Shown here piece after piece: positions 22,953-24,000 of a DNA stretch of 24,000 nucleotides (the stretch's first letter is position 1; each line of letters begins with the position of its first letter). Origin of the DNA: Chromatiaceae bacterium (GTDB taxonomy: Bacteria; Pseudomonadota; Gammaproteobacteria; Chromatiales; Chromatiaceae); the NCBI GenBank assembly GCA_044228795.1, contig JBGAUE010000013.1:69308-93307 (forward strand). The letters are read 5' to 3'. The notes under the pieces were generated by a model. The model did not search any database and was not told the origin of the DNA. It worked only from the letters and a program-made list of their open reading frames with translations. Made by a program: the position numbers and the translations under genes.

Positions 22953-23193
22953 GCGCGATCTCCGGATATCGTTTGGCGTAAGCTCAGGGAACGCGGTACC
23001 CCCCTCATCTTGGTGGAGTCCACGGAGGCGATGAGGTCACCGAAACCGCTACCGGGCCAGCCGCGATGCGTTGCCGGCCGCGGGTGTCGGCGCGCTCCAG
23101 CATGTCATGCTTCACCATGGTCGCCGGGCCGGACGCTTGATCTGGACGAAGCTTAGCATAAGCCCAAATCCTTGGACTTATGCCGGGCCATGG

Positions 23194-24000
23194 TCAGGCC
23201 ACGCTTCGATGATCCTCCCCCTTCAACCGACACTCCGCCGCCAACCGCCGCAGGAACTGCTCCGGCGTCAGGCACTCCCCCAGCAGGGTCCGTTGCCGGC
23301 AGACGGTGGCGAAGTCCCCCGGCGCCAGCGCGCTCAGGGTCTCCATGTGCCGGGCGATGAGTTCTGGCACCGGTGCCTTCTCATCCCCCAGGGCCTCCCG
23401 GGCGAACAGGACCCGCCGTTGCCCCGCGTTCAGGGCCCGGAAATGTAGCTTGAAATCAAATCGCCGCAGGGCCGCCTGATCGATGCCGCTCATGAGGTTG
23501 GTGGCGGCGACGAAGATGCCCGGAAAACGCTCCATCTGCTGCAGCAACTCGTTCACCTGGGTGCGCTCCCATCTATGGCGGGCCTCCCGCCGCTCGGCGA
23601 GGAAGCTGTCCACCTCGTCGAGGAGCAGCACCGATCGTTCCGGGTCGCAGTCGCGGAACAGACGGGCCAGGTTTTGCTCGGTCTCGCCGACATACTTCGA
23701 CACCAGGTCCGAGGCCTGGCGGGCTACCAATTCGCGGTCCAGGGCCGCCGCCAGGATTTCGGCAAAGGCGGTCTTGCCGGTGCCGGGCGGGCCATAGAAG
23801 CAGAGGCTGCCGTGCCCCCGCCGTCCCAGGGCCTGGACGATGGCGCTGGGGGTGACGTCGCCGGCCAGGTTGAGGAAGGCGACATCGAACGGGGTGGCCG
23901 CCGGTCGCCGACGTGGGGCGGGGGCGCCGTGGAGCAGCAGGCGCATAGCCCCGACACCCTCGCGCACCGCCCGTTCCGGCGCCTTGGTGGGGCACAGCTC
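23194..24000 (-). CDS. Classical-clade AAA+ ATPase (SpoVK/CbbX-like); N-terminus lies beyond the right window edge
   Basis: The ORF track starts at GTG 23967, but the frame stays open to 24000 (…ELCPTKAPERAV…). Walker A is FYGPPGTGKTAF and Walker B is VLLLDEVDSF. Sensor and arginine-finger-like motifs are FVAATN and AALRRFD. Confidence 0.88.
   Translation of the reverse strand, partial: ELCPTKAPERAVREGVGAMRLLLHGAPAPRRRPAATPFDVAFLNLAGDVTPSAIVQALGRRGHGSLCFYGPPGTGKTAFAEILAAALDRELVARQASDLVSKYVGETEQNLARLFRDCDPERSVLLLDEVDSFLAERREARHRWERTQVNELLQQMERFPGIFVAATNLMSGIDQAALRRFDFKLHFRALNAGQRRVLFAREALGDEKAPVPELIARHMETLSALAPGDFATVCRQRTLLGECLTPEQFLRRLAAECRLKGEDHRSVA

Noticed and set aside
22315-23034. 239-aa plus-strand ORF spanning the DUF262 start, the PIN remnant and the antitoxin
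   Set aside because: It runs antisense across three better-supported minus-strand genes and an intergenic region. It has no motifs and a Ser/Arg-rich composition.
22953-23193. Small open frame ending in ATGA overlap with the antitoxin start (…SVDSTKMRGVPRSLSLRQTISGDRA)
   Set aside because: There is no plausible start codon with an SD and only about 20-55 codons. It is probably just the promoter/leader region of the TA pair.

Overview
This GC-rich bacterial window (about 60-70% GC in most genes) is transcribed almost entirely on the minus strand. It reads as a mosaic defence and mobile-element island, not housekeeping DNA.

- **Left third (1-7240):** the 5' half of a BREX operon. It has a small BrxE-like gene, then brxA, brxB and brxC, with overlapping stop/start junctions. 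It is followed by a lower-GC SF1-helicase-like P-loop gene that runs off the left edge and is absent from the supplied ORF track.
- **Middle (7749-14810):** an integrase-less replication module of a satellite or integrative element. An HTH excisionase-like gene is ATGA-coupled to an 862-aa primase-polymerase/PriCT/SF3-helicase gene. Downstream lies a 720-bp ORF-free tract with TGTCCTAG iteron-like repeats and two AT-rich tracts, a candidate origin. A cleanly bounded IS (1735 bp, imperfect 25-bp IRs, TTCAT target duplication) and a complete group II intron (RT/maturase, domains V and VI readable) flank a 213-aa unknown gene.
- **Right third (16856-24000):**
  - a low-GC islet of three unknown genes, including an HExxH protein with a small partner;
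  - an McrC-like PD-(D/E)xK nuclease with no McrB;
  - a lower-GC DUF262 plus HNH (GmrSD/BrxU-like) type IV restriction-type gene, whose start coincides with truncation of a VapC-like PIN toxin while the upstream antitoxin-position ORF is intact;
  - a partial classical AAA+ ATPase.

No rRNA, tRNA or CRISPR array was seen. All functional calls come from motifs recognised by eye. No database search or folding computation was possible.
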